Positions 27,038 through 36,090 of a stretch of DNA of 40,328 nt are shown one piece after another. Source of the stretch: a virus (lineage: Duplodnaviria; Caudoviricetes). Location: positions 1-40,328 of IMG/VR virus record IMGVR_UViG_3300032225_000583; one strand, written 5' to 3'. Each line of letters begins with the position of its first letter. The stretch's first letter is position 1. The position numbers and the translations under genes are program-made. The notes beneath the pieces were generated by a model. The model was given only the letters and a program-made list of their open reading frames with translations, did no database searches and had not been told where the DNA came from.

Positions 27038-27663
27038 GGTGTATCACCGCCAAGTAGATCTTGTAGCTTACGCATAGCATTAGTGCATCTACGATCAGCA
27101 GTAGAGACAGCCACCTCTAGGTATTGTGCTATCTGATTAAGTGTCCAAGCATCGTGGTATCTAAGCTCTAATATCTTGGCTTCATCAACATCTAACTTCT
27201 CATACGCTTTCTTAATATCAAGGAGGAGAGCAATTAGATTACCACTTTCAGCAGGGGCTGATGGTTTCTTTGGTGTGCCATCGTTGATCATATCTTGTGC
27301 CTGTTGTAAGACAGTGCCGTGTAATACCGATTGAATTACAAAGGGTAGTAGCTGTGCGATAGTGGTGGTCTCATAAAAGGATTCGTCGCTAGTGTGATAG
27401 CCAGCCTTACTTGCCTTCTCCTTGCGGGCGTAGCGTTCTGCCATACGCCTCATTTGGTAGGCAATACGCTTCTCATTACGCTGGCGTTTATTAAGATCAG
27501 GTTCATTTAACTGCTCAAGGAAATGTGCGTTCTTAGATAGAGACCAGGCGTAGCACTCTTGTATTACATCTTTCTTATCTACCCACCCTTTAAACCTGCG
27601 GACTATAACTGTGGCTACGCTAGGCACTAACTCATAGAAAGTCGGGTGTAAATCTTCACTCAT
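27028..27663 (-). CDS. Sigma-factor-like protein (sigma70 region 4 HTH)
   Basis: LDVDEAKILELRYHDAWTLNQIAQYLEVAVSTADRRCTNAMRKL. Confidence 0.75.
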   Translation of the reverse strand: MSEDLHPTFYELVPSVATVIVRRFKGWVDKKDVIQECYAWSLSKNAHFLEQLNEPDLNKRQRNEKRIAYQMRRMAERYARKEKASKAGYHTSDESFYETTTIAQLLPFVIQSVLHGTVLQQAQDMINDGTPKKPSAPAESGNLIALLLDIKKAYEKLDVDEAKILELRYHDAWTLNQIAQYLEVAVSTADRRCTNAMRKLQDLLGGDTPWS

Positions 27664-28193
27664 TGGTTTTCCCATAAAACTTTTGGTTGTTCATTATGGT
27701 TAAAAGTCATAATAACGCTATGAAAATTAGATCCTTCTCTTTTTTTCCAAGTTTTATCATAATAATTTATACGTCTAGTTGGAATATAAATATTAGGATA
27801 ACCATATTGTTGATAAAGTGAATGACGTTTTACCCCACCCAAAGAATCAAGTGGAAGAATAAGAACGGTACGTTTATTAGATTTGTATACTTTTTCAATA
27901 ACTGCATCTTTAATACTGAAAGGTGGATTAGTTATTAAATAATCGTATTCGTAATTATTAGTTAAATAATCTGTAATATTATATATTACTTTATAATTTT
28001 TATTAATTAAAGTTTTAACAAATAAACTATCATTTGAATCGAATGGACACATAACAGTTGAACCATTTATTGGATTTAACAATTCAATACATTTGTCTAC
28101 CGTTGGTTGATCTGTATACCATTCATCACTATAATTATTATTTGTAATATTATTAATAATTTTTTGATTAGTCACTTGGCCACTTGTTTTCAA
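27660..28193 (-). CDS. Small N6-adenine methyltransferase-like protein
   Basis: DEWYT, CPFD, ITNPPFS motifs; very AT-rich; start may be GTG 28175. Confidence 0.75.
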   Translation of the reverse strand: MKTSGQVTNQKIINNITNNNYSDEWYTDQPTVDKCIELLNPINGSTVMCPFDSNDSLFVKTLINKNYKVIYNITDYLTNNYEYDYLITNPPFSIKDAVIEKVYKSNKRTVLILPLDSLGGVKRHSLYQQYGYPNIYIPTRRINYYDKTWKKREGSNFHSVIMTFNHNEQPKVLWENQ

Positions 28194-28572
28194 GAACCAT
28201 AATTGCTATGGCGGAGTAGTTAAGTAGATCAATAAAAGAATCTCTGAGTGATTCGTTCTGTGGGTCAACGCCCTTATCAATTAAGTTATTTATTCTTGCA
28301 ATCTTATCGTGCATACGCACACGCAATCCGTTGATCGGACCACCTGGTGCTTTAGATATATTAGTTGGACCGTAGTCCATTTGTTTTCTTAGAAGTAAAT
28401 TACCTGCTTCATCTAACAGTTCTCTGACTGTATCTATAAACTCTTGACTTACGCCTTGGTTGGTGGCAGTTTGATCAGCAATGTTTCGTTGGCGTAATCT
28501 ACTTTGATTACTAATATCCCGTAGGTCGCCAACCATTTGGCTAGTTCCATCAGGTCTGAGTTGCTCATACAT
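28168..28572 (-). CDS. Nucleotide modification associated domain 1 (DUF1599-like) protein
   Basis: KQMDYG, RMHDKIARINNL, ESLRDSFIDLLNY. Confidence 0.8.
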   Translation of the reverse strand: MYEQLRPDGTSQMVGDLRDISNQSRLRQRNIADQTATNQGVSQEFIDTVRELLDEAGNLLLRKQMDYGPTNISKAPGGPINGLRVRMHDKIARINNLIDKGVDPQNESLRDSFIDLLNYSAIAIMVLENKWPSD

Positions 28573-29212
28573 TTGGAACCCCCAATAGGTGCTTCGTTGC
28601 ATCCGCACCATTAGCTAAGTAATAGTCCGTAATGTCCATATTGGGTGGTAATTGTACTATTGTTCCGTTGATCACCTCCCCTGCGACACGCCGCGAGAAC
28701 TCCGCCCCTGGATTAGTACCATCTTCCTTAACATCATTATCACCAACGATATATACAACATCATATCCGTTAAGTAATTTAGCAAAGTGATCTTTCCAAG
28801 CTGCAACACCAGGAACACCTACTGCTGGCATACCAAGTACACCGGAAACTATTACAGTATCTAACTCACCTTCACAAACTACAATCCTTGATGACAACTT
28901 ACAAATATCAGCAACGTTATATAGGTGTGCCTTCTGACCTAGAGGTGAGCCATACTTAGGCTTGCCCTCATCTAATCTTCTAAACTTAAAGCCAACGCAA
29001 AGACCAAGCGCAGTTATGTATGGTATTGATAACCAACCCTCTTGGTATTCGTGACCTGCTATCGGATCAGTGACTGTGCCTAAAGAATATAAAGCAGCAA
29101 CCTCTTCAGAGATTCCACGTCCGTTTAGATAGGCGAGAGTTTCTGGAGTTATTGCCTGAGCGTATCGGTTCGCCGCTACCAGCAAGGATTTCATCTGCTC
29201 GCTTGACTGCAT
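28565..29212 (-). CDS. DNA primase, catalytic TOPRIM part
   Basis: YLNGRGI, KPKY, VVCEGELD, GVPGV, GDND. Confidence 0.9.
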   Translation of the reverse strand: MQSSEQMKSLLVAANRYAQAITPETLAYLNGRGISEEVAALYSLGTVTDPIAGHEYQEGWLSIPYITALGLCVGFKFRRLDEGKPKYGSPLGQKAHLYNVADICKLSSRIVVCEGELDTVIVSGVLGMPAVGVPGVAAWKDHFAKLLNGYDVVYIVGDNDVKEDGTNPGAEFSRRVAGEVINGTIVQLPPNMDITDYYLANGADATKHLLGVPNV

Positions 29213-29483
29213 CTTTAAACTCCAATCCTTCCTTGTGTGTAATTATATTAACGCCATTACCTGCTACTCCGCAGGTGTGGCAAAAGTAAAGGTTGTTGAC
29301 TGTATCAATTACTGCTGACTTTCTAGTGTCGTTATGAACACAACATCTAACTGATACGTTCTTGCCTTCCCTTACCTCTCCTCCGTAGAACCGAACTATT
29401 ACTCCAATGGGTACTGAGTTCGCAGAGGTTCCGCCAAAACCTTTCCGTTGCTTCCTACTTCTGGACCAGTCTTGTGTTGACAA
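29106..29483 (-). CDS. Primase zinc-binding (CHC2) domain protein
   Basis: CCVHNDTRKSA...YFCHTCG...EGLEFKDAV. Confidence 0.85.
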   Translation of the reverse strand: MSTQDWSRSRKQRKGFGGTSANSVPIGVIVRFYGGEVREGKNVSVRCCVHNDTRKSAVIDTVNNLYFCHTCGVAGNGVNIITHKEGLEFKDAVKRADEILAGSGEPIRSGNNSRNSRLSKRTWNL

Positions 29484-29581
29484 TTACAGCCCTCCTTACA
29501 CTTCTTGTGCATATTAGCAGCGCGTTTGAACTGACCAATCTTATTCAACTCACCACCGGACTTACATAATTCGCAGATCAT
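29399..29581 (-). CDS. Cys/His-rich small protein
   Basis: MICELC...HKKC..GCNCQH; ATGA overlap. Confidence 0.7.
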   Translation of the reverse strand: MICELCKSGGELNKIGQFKRAANMHKKCKEGCNCQHKTGPEVGSNGKVLAEPLRTQYPLE

Positions 29582-29727
29582 TTACACTCCGTACAATAGT
29601 TATCAACTCTTACATTTTCCTCTGCAACATCATACTCTTTAGCGCAGTGATTACAAACAACTCTAATTAACTTAGGTTGTTGTTGCCATATCTCACTACC
29701 AGTTATCTGTCCTTCAGGTGTTGGCAT
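29578..29727 (-). CDS. 49-aa zinc-ribbon microprotein
   Basis: GGAGG RBS; CNHC...CTEC; translated by hand. Confidence 0.7.
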   Translation of the reverse strand: MPTPEGQITGSEIWQQQPKLIRVVCNHCAKEYDVAEENVRVDNYCTECK

Positions 29728-30076
29728 TTTTTTCCTCCAGCCATTGTGTTAGATCTTGGATGACCCACGCCTTGTGGATCCCCGCTCCTCTCCTCTTAAA
29801 TAATACATAAGAGAAAGGCTTATCAATACCACGATGCTTAGCGTAATTACTAGCTTCGTTTTGCGCTTCATCCCAGAACTCCTTTAAGTTTAACTTCTTT
29901 GTATTCTTTAACTCAAAGATGTAAGACTCACCAGCAACGATAACAACTAGATCACCTTCATCTTCCTTACCTGATAAGCGTAGTCGCTCAGCTATAGCAC
30001 CCATCTTGCGAAACCATTTCATTACATCTATCTCAAAGGCTGCACCCTTGCGTCTATTATAGGTTGGGTTAGGCAT
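29714..30076 (-). CDS. Holliday junction resolvase (Hjc-like PD-(D/E)XK)
   Basis: RRKGAAFE, DEGDL, FELKN motifs. Confidence 0.85.
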   Translation of the reverse strand: MPNPTYNRRKGAAFEIDVMKWFRKMGAIAERLRLSGKEDEGDLVVIVAGESYIFELKNTKKLNLKEFWDEAQNEASNYAKHRGIDKPFSYVLFKRRGAGIHKAWVIQDLTQWLEEKNANT

Positions 30077-30230
30077 CTAACTTCACTTTGTTTACCTTAA
30101 ATACTTGTTCGCCTTTTTCCTCAACAACTTCTACCACTCCTGCTTGTATAAGTAAACTGGCGAAAGCAGCAAAGTCAGTCTCTAGTTTTGCAATCTTCTT
30201 CTTTAAGTATGTGATCTCTGTGTTAGCCAA
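30069..30230 (-). CDS. 53-aa coiled-coil microprotein (MANTEITYLKKKIAKLETD...)
   Basis: TTG start; fills the gap with overlaps at both ends. Confidence 0.6.
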   Translation of the reverse strand: MANTEITYLKKKIAKLETDFAAFASLLIQAGVVEVVEEKGEQVFKVNKVKLDA

Positions 30231-31083
30231 ACTTCTTTACCGCCTCTGCTATGCCTTGCTCTAATGTAATCTTTGGAGTGTAGAACTCTAGCATCTTTTT
30301 ATTATCAGAAACTCTATACATACAACCGACAGGCTTATCGGGATTAGTTTTAATCTCTGGCGTGTAGCCAACAGCCTCACTTGTTAGCTTTGCTAACTCC
30401 AAGAATGATGTAGATATACCGGTTCCTAGGTTGGTAGGACCGGTAATGCCCTCTCTTACTGCGGCAAGGACTGCACCAATTACATCTTTCATATGGATAA
30501 AGTCTCGCGTCTGTGTGCCAGGACCCCACACTTCAAAGGGATCGTTGCGTTCTACTGCTCTCTTAATATACATAGGGAAAGGATAAGTTAAATCTTGGTC
30601 CCATCCATACCCAGAAAACGGTCTAAATATATAGACATTTGGTACAAATTGGGCAAGATATTCACCAACTAATTTGCTCCAACCGTAAGTCATATCAGGT
30701 GCGCCTGGATATTTAAGGTTGATATCAAACTCTTTTAACTTTATATTCTTATCACACTGCAAGGAAATCGGATAAGCAGCACTGCTTGAGAAATAAACTA
30801 CTTTACGAGGTTTAGTTTTTAAGCACCACTGAAAGAACTCAGAGTCAATAGATAAGTTATCAGCTACTGCTAATGGTCTGCCCTCAATAGATTCTCTGCC
30901 ACCTACGATAGCGGCAAGGTGAATCACTAGATCGTACTGAGTATCATCTCTCTTAAATAGATCTCTACAATCAATACCATCTTTGATATCAGCACCGGTG
31001 ATATTTACGTTAGGCAGTTCAGATAACTCCTCAGTAAAATACCTACCAACAAATCCTTTATTACCGGTTATTAAGATCTTCAT
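30223..31083 (-). CDS. NAD-dependent nucleotide-sugar epimerase/dehydratase
   Basis: ITGNKGFVG, IHLAA, FSSSAAY, YGWSK (YxxxK), QTRDFIH. Confidence 0.93.
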   Translation of the reverse strand: MKILITGNKGFVGRYFTEELSELPNVNITGADIKDGIDCRDLFKRDDTQYDLVIHLAAIVGGRESIEGRPLAVADNLSIDSEFFQWCLKTKPRKVVYFSSSAAYPISLQCDKNIKLKEFDINLKYPGAPDMTYGWSKLVGEYLAQFVPNVYIFRPFSGYGWDQDLTYPFPMYIKRAVERNDPFEVWGPGTQTRDFIHMKDVIGAVLAAVREGITGPTNLGTGISTSFLELAKLTSEAVGYTPEIKTNPDKPVGCMYRVSDNKKMLEFYTPKITLEQGIAEAVKKFG

Positions 31084-31804
31084 CTGTTCCCCAATCGTAT
31101 ATATATTTAACGTGGCCTGATAGTTCTAGCGACATCTCAAGGTCAGCACGATATACAAAAACATCATTCTCATCTAAGGCTGCTCCAATATGGCAGACGG
31201 TGTTGATCTTCTTTCGTTTGATCTCTGTCTTCTTACTTGGCTCTGGTGCTGGGAAATTGTAATAAGGATCGTGGATTAAACAATTACTTGCTATCTGCGG
31301 ATAGACCTGAGTAGACAAGAACTCTTGATCTTGCATATAAGTATCTTGCAATGGTGCGGCATCTAGTAGTTGCTTAAAGAAACCCATACCTGTTGTCTTG
31401 CAAGCAAACATACCAGCAGAGATACGATAGCCGTGACCTGTTGGGTGATCTCTAATGATGTGAAAATCATAAGGTGAATCTAAAAACTCTTGGTGTGCTT
31501 GCGCTTCTCTAATGCCAAGACGAGCATCACAATCTCTTGATAGAACTACATCTACCTTTGGATCATAGATCGCTCTGAATCTCCATAACCTAGCGGTACT
31601 ATCTTCTCGTTCATCTACCGGTATTATCTCCACATTAGGAAACAAAGCTAAGGTAGAACGACACCAGGTAGGTACAGAATTACCAACATAAAACCGCACA
31701 GTAAAGCCAGGAAAGAATCGCTGTGCTAACTGTGCGTTCTTTATAGCACCAACTAGAAACTTAGCCTGTTGACCATAAAGAGAATAGGAAATTACTTGTT
31801 TCAT
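31061..31804 (-). CDS. Putative GT-A fold glycosyltransferase
   Basis: ISYSLYG, SRDCD (DxD), FHIIRDHP, AGMF, DQEFL. Confidence 0.7.
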   Translation of the reverse strand: MKQVISYSLYGQQAKFLVGAIKNAQLAQRFFPGFTVRFYVGNSVPTWCRSTLALFPNVEIIPVDEREDSTARLWRFRAIYDPKVDVVLSRDCDARLGIREAQAHQEFLDSPYDFHIIRDHPTGHGYRISAGMFACKTTGMGFFKQLLDAAPLQDTYMQDQEFLSTQVYPQIASNCLIHDPYYNFPAPEPSKKTEIKRKKINTVCHIGAALDENDVFVYRADLEMSLELSGHVKYIYDWGTDEDLNNR

Positions 31805-32472
31805 TTGATACCTATTGACTCCTTGAACTTAGCAAGATCTGCTGGATACTCTTCAGCAAGATAACGTTGCAATTCTATTCTGTCTGCATTAGATAACTCT
31901 GGTGCATTAACCTCAAGGTACCCTTCATCGGTCTGTGATTTACCATTTAAGAAATGTAGGTGTTCAATAATTACATCATCAAAATACCAGATAGCATTAA
32001 GATCCATACCAAGTAGCATCCAAAAGTTATCCATAAACAAATGAACTAACTTAGGTGGTGCCATAAAGCCAAAGCTCTTGATGATATTAGTGCTCATCAT
32101 TACCGCTGTGGCTAAATTCTTACCCTGGAATAGATCATTGCCATAAGCAAGACCGTATCCTTTACTCTTAATTGCCTCTGATAAGAAATGATCCCACTGC
32201 AAGGTTTGCGGCAGGTGATCATCACCCATAAAAAATATGGTTTTATATTTATCAGCATACTTATTAGCCACTAAATTAAGTGTGCCATTCATTCTAAGCC
32301 TAGGGTTTACCTCATATATAACATCATCTATGCGTGGGTATAGATCAGCCTGATCATCATCAATAGCTACACAAATATCAGAAATAATGCTGGTCTCTTT
32401 TAAAAACCTAACAGCCCGATCAATAGAATCAGGTCTGCTTCTTGACGGAACAATTACAAGGTTAGTATTCAT
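31801..32472 (-). CDS. Glycosyltransferase family 2-like
   Basis: VIVPSRSRP, FMGDD, HLFMDN, IEHLH. Confidence 0.8.
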   Translation of the reverse strand: MNTNLVIVPSRSRPDSIDRAVRFLKETSIISDICVAIDDDQADLYPRIDDVIYEVNPRLRMNGTLNLVANKYADKYKTIFFMGDDHLPQTLQWDHFLSEAIKSKGYGLAYGNDLFQGKNLATAVMMSTNIIKSFGFMAPPKLVHLFMDNFWMLLGMDLNAIWYFDDVIIEHLHFLNGKSQTDEGYLEVNAPELSNADRIELQRYLAEEYPADLAKFKESIGIK

Positions 32473-32478
32473 AGTGTC

Positions 32479-33315
32479 CTAATGTAGTATGGATTGTTGA
32501 TCAAATTTTTTTGATACAAATGGTGCTGCATTTAGTTCAGTGATCTGACAGTGGGCATAGTTAACCGCCAAAGGTATTGCACCAGATCCATCGGCTGCGT
32601 GTGGTCCAAACCGATTCTTAACAACTGCAACTCTTAAATGTTTATTGTAAGGATCATAACCAAGAGTTAATATCAGGCTTGGAAGTTGTGCCACCTTACC
32701 GTGAATAGCCCTTCTTGCTGGTGGATTCATACCGGAACCATACTCAGTCTGCTCTGAGACGTGGTGTAGAACTAAGACGCAAGCTTCAGTATGACGAGCC
32801 ATATCGTGCAACTCCATCATAATAGCCCGCAGCCCTGCCCACTCATTATCAGTTTCAGCGGCAACGTTCATAAGGTTATCTATAATTATTAGTTCAGGAG
32901 CAGCACCATATAACTCTATGTATGCCTTGATCTCACCCTCAATATCATCTAATGAAGGTGATGAATCAAAAACCCATTGGATGTTTTTCATCTCATCAAA
33001 TTTGTTTTCATACCATCGGCTACTACTATTCAAATTAGACTCAACAGTAAGTTGAGAATGACCTGATAGATGAGATGCTGCTCGCATCATAACTGTTGTT
33101 GTATCTGTATCAGCAGAGAAAAATAAAGTTCGTACTCCAGCTCTCAAAGCATAGATCAAAGCAAACATAGACTTACCTGCATTGGGTGCAGCAGCAACCA
33201 TACAAACTTGTCCACGCCTGAATTTAATTTGAGCACTTCCTAAAGAAGGCCACACATCAGGCAGGGGCGTAGCCTTTGTAGTAACTCCACCCCAGGCTCT
33301 GCTTAAACTAAGCAA
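32479..33315 (-). CDS. DnaB-like (SF4) helicase
   Basis: AAPNAGKS Walker A, IIIDNL Walker B, KNRFGP. Confidence 0.88.
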   Translation of the reverse strand: MLSLSRAWGGVTTKATPLPDVWPSLGSAQIKFRRGQVCMVAAAPNAGKSMFALIYALRAGVRTLFFSADTDTTTVMMRAASHLSGHSQLTVESNLNSSSRWYENKFDEMKNIQWVFDSSPSLDDIEGEIKAYIELYGAAPELIIIDNLMNVAAETDNEWAGLRAIMMELHDMARHTEACVLVLHHVSEQTEYGSGMNPPARRAIHGKVAQLPSLILTLGYDPYNKHLRVAVVKNRFGPHAADGSGAIPLAVNYAHCQITELNAAPFVSKKFDQQSILH

Positions 33316-33562
33316 CTAATTCCTCTCGCAACTTTATCTTTAACTTATTTCGTAATTTCTTACGATCTCTAGGTGAACTTGCTCCCCAGATTCCATATCG
33401 TTCGTTGTGTAATGCCCACTCAAAACATTCAGTAATGTGTGGGCATCTTTTACAAACGTTTTTAGCGGTAGCAGCTTGTGCTTGCTCTCCGTTTTCAGGG
33501 AAGAATAGTTCTGTATCTATCTCAGAACATAACGGGTTCTCAAATTGTGTGGGAACCCGCAT
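33308..33562 (-). CDS. whiB: WhiB-family Fe-S transcription factor
   Basis: C...LFFP...AKNVCKRCP...C, GIWG turn, basic tail. Confidence 0.93.
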   Translation of the reverse strand: MRVPTQFENPLCSEIDTELFFPENGEQAQAATAKNVCKRCPHITECFEWALHNERYGIWGASSPRDRKKLRNKLKIKLREELVA

Positions 33563-33565
33563 AGG

Positions 33566-33928
33566 TTATCTAACCCAGACGGCGTCGCACTTATCTGTTG
33601 CACCCTTTGGAGCGCTACACATCCAAGCACGCCAAGCACCCTTAGCACCTTCTCCTGTGCGGTAGTTCATTGGACCGTGCTTACAAGTTGGAGCATCTCC
33701 ATTAACAGGTGCAGCATTTAATGCTTTAGTTGCATAAGCAACTGCCACATTAGCTGATGCTGATTGGTTCAGTGATGATGACACTGATGAAATTAGCGTA
33801 GATAGATCCTGAATTTGTGTCAGGTGTCCTTCTAGCTCTGTGTTGTTCTTGGCATAGACATTTACAAGTGTTCCATCTTTTAGTTTGAAGTTAACTTGTA
33901 GTGCTGTGTCGCTATTTGAAGCGGCCAT
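33566..33928 (-). CDS. Hypothetical protein with C-terminal Cys/His motif
   Basis: CKHG...WMC...C; GGAGG RBS. Confidence 0.7.
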   Translation of the reverse strand: MAASNSDTALQVNFKLKDGTLVNVYAKNNTELEGHLTQIQDLSTLISSVSSSLNQSASANVAVAYATKALNAAPVNGDAPTCKHGPMNYRTGEGAKGAWRAWMCSAPKGATDKCDAVWVR

Positions 33929-34875
33929 TATTTTCCTCCAGTTGGTTTGACAGAGATACGGGCGGTCTCTTGTCCTTGTTTGTATGGTACGAAACCGAGA
34001 AGTTTTTCTACTTCATCGGAATCGACTTGCTTGCGCCCAGCCACAGATGTCCAAGATATTTGGATACCACTGTGAGTAGTGCCAGCAAATCCTTCTAGTG
34101 ATGTCTTTATTGAATCCCTTGCATTTGTTAGTGTCTTAACTTGTTCATCAAGTTGTAGATATAACAAAGCGTTCTTGTCGGCATCGGGATCATCAATCAC
34201 CACCTCTGCCTCTTTGATACGTTCTTTTTTTAAGCCAACACAGCCCATCTCACCGGTGGCATCATAGTACTTGCAATAAAATTTACAGTAGTTCTCATCC
34301 TTCTCAGGCTCTGGTGCGCTAGGTGATTCTTTAATAGCTGACAACCAGTTCATTGCCTCTTCTGCAATCTTAGGATCATATGGTTCAGAGTGAACCTTTA
34401 CATCACGTTCATCACCATCACGGGCGATGGCTACCAAGTTAACAGTTCGGGGATTCCCCTTACCCGACTTGTCAAGTAGATAGCCATACACCTGCACCTG
34501 CCACCGTTGTTGTTGTGATGGAAAGTAGGAAAGGTTTTTAACCTTAACAGTTTTCCAATCTACAACATCACCAGTTTCAGGAATCCATAGGTCGATGTGT
34601 GCTTTCATTCCGTTGTACTCAACCTCAGTTTCCACCTGATACTTCTTACCAGTTGGATCTGCAATACCTAAAGCCTTCTCAATCTCAGCGTGAATCGCAG
34701 TACCCATAATGGCAGCGAGCTTTAACTCGTTCTCATTAGTTTCAGGTTGGTCATTAAGACGATACCAAACCTTACGGCGGCATCCTCCTAACTCAGACGG
34801 TCCTACCTGTTTCTGTGTACTGCGACTACGGGCCGCATCTTTGTTTCTTAAAATTTCTATTAATAAATCTTTCAT
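33928..34875 (-). CDS. RecB/Cas4-like PD-(D/E)XK exonuclease
   Basis: PSELGGC, GTAIH, HIDL, DWKT, QVQVY, C-terminal Cys cluster; start reassigned to ATG 34875. Confidence 0.85.
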   Translation of the reverse strand: MKDLLIEILRNKDAARSRSTQKQVGPSELGGCRRKVWYRLNDQPETNENELKLAAIMGTAIHAEIEKALGIADPTGKKYQVETEVEYNGMKAHIDLWIPETGDVVDWKTVKVKNLSYFPSQQQRWQVQVYGYLLDKSGKGNPRTVNLVAIARDGDERDVKVHSEPYDPKIAEEAMNWLSAIKESPSAPEPEKDENYCKFYCKYYDATGEMGCVGLKKERIKEAEVVIDDPDADKNALLYLQLDEQVKTLTNARDSIKTSLEGFAGTTHSGIQISWTSVAGRKQVDSDEVEKLLGFVPYKQGQETARISVKPTGGK

Positions 34876-35444
34876 CGCGCCTTCCTTTTCTGCACGGCTA
34901 TTTGTATCGGAGGACAAGTATTTATGTCAAGCAAAGATGCAGTTTCAACTGCTCTCTGTGCTAACTCTGCTGCCTCATCTTGTACTAAGAACTTATCACT
35001 GCGACGAGAGTACATATATCCCAAAGCAAACTGACCACCGGAACCGATACCGTAGTAGTTGCCTTCAGATTGGATGAATGACATATCGGATGCAATGTGG
35101 AATATAAAACCGTTAAAAGCAATTAGATAATCAAAACCAGCATCTTTATCTTTCTCACTATCATTCCAATTGTAACCGTTATCGGTGAAGGTCTTGATGA
35201 TCGACGGGATGACTCGCTTACCCATAAACTGAACTTCATCTTGACCTTTATACGCTGGCGGATTCCAGTTGTAAGTTAAGATATCACCAGGCCGAGTATC
35301 ACCAGTGATCGCAAGAAGGTACTGACCTTTCTCAATTATCTTAGGCGTCTTTAAAGAAATAGTACGCAAGTTATCTTCGGTGATCTGCGAATCAGCAGCT
35401 AATATACAAAATGTTTTTCCTTGTACTCCGACGACAGTTGTCAA
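34872..35444 (-). CDS. Ntn-hydrolase, proteasome beta/HslV-like peptidase
   Basis: AAGGAGG then TTG gives M-TTVVGV (N-terminal Thr); AADSQ, K, GIGSGG. Confidence 0.85.
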   Translation of the reverse strand: MTTVVGVQGKTFCILAADSQITEDNLRTISLKTPKIIEKGQYLLAITGDTRPGDILTYNWNPPAYKGQDEVQFMGKRVIPSIIKTFTDNGYNWNDSEKDKDAGFDYLIAFNGFIFHIASDMSFIQSEGNYYGIGSGGQFALGYMYSRRSDKFLVQDEAAELAQRAVETASLLDINTCPPIQIAVQKRKAR

Positions 35445-35468
35445 AGTTTCCTCCTTTATGTCTTGAGA

Positions 35469-35545
35469 TAAAGGTACCATATAGTGAACTACGACACGCC
35501 GAACTCACCAGTGATCGTTATCGGAGGGGTATGTATGATTATAAT
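35469..35545. promoter_or_regulatory. Divergent promoter region with CGACACGCCG motif
   Basis: Minus-strand TG-G-TACCTT, plus-strand TATAAT 35540-35545, GACAC at 35493-35497. Confidence 0.45.
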
Positions 35546-35604
35546 ATGAGCGTCAGCGAATAAAAACAACAGCCCTTACGGGCTGTGATGAGTAAGGATA
35601 CTGG

Positions 35605-35829
35605 GTGTTCCGTCTACCAACGCTGCGAAAAAACAAAGAAAAACTCCCATCTAAATTTGGCTCTGATCTTCGTTCATTAGGACCGCTTCACATATGCCCT
35701 TGCGGTTCAAGTCTGTTCACTGTGCTAGTTCAATTTGATGATTATGAGATCTGTTGGTATTACCTAGACGCAACCTGTGCTAACTGCGGTAACCTGGTGT
35801 GTGTTCCTTGTCCTGCTGACAAAATGTAG
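35605..35829 (+). CDS. Small Cys-rich zinc-binding protein
   Basis: CPCG...CANCG...CVPCP; AAGGA RBS, GTG start. Confidence 0.75.
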   Translation: MFRLPTLRKNKEKLPSKFGSDLRSLGPLHICPCGSSLFTVLVQFDDYEICWYYLDATCANCGNLVCVPCPADKM

Positions 35830-35833
35830 GCAC

Positions 35834-35866
35834 AAAAAAAGAAGCCGCCCCGTTAAGGGCGGCCTC
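35834..35866 (-). terminator. Rho-independent terminator of the late/lysis operon
   Basis: GCCGCCC/GGGCGGC stem followed by TTCTTTTTTT on the minus strand. Confidence 0.85.
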
Positions 35867-35892
35867 GGTCTTACCTCGCAGTAAACTAAAAG

Positions 35893-36081
35893 TTACTTAG
35901 AACCAACACCAAACTCTGGTGAATTTGGATCCAATGCTTTTAATGCTGGACCTGCGATAGCAGCTAATGCTGCAATTAAAACTGCTTTTAGACTTGTATT
36001 ACCGTTTAGATAAACAGCCATACCTGCTGCTGCTGCTGCACGGAAATAAGACAATGCAATTGCTTTTGCTTTTACGTTCAT
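35893..36081 (-). CDS. Putative holin
   Basis: 62 aa, two hydrophobic helices, follows the endolysin. Confidence 0.7.
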   Translation of the reverse strand: MNVKAKAIALSYFRAAAAAGMAVYLNGNTSLKAVLIAALAAIAGPALKALDPNSPEFGVGSK

Positions 36082-36090
36082 ATTTATCCT

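Noticed and set aside
33928-34875. Cas4-like gene as evidence of CRISPR-Cas
   Set aside because: No repeat-spacer array or other cas genes; solo Cas4/RecB-like nucleases are common in phage replication modules.
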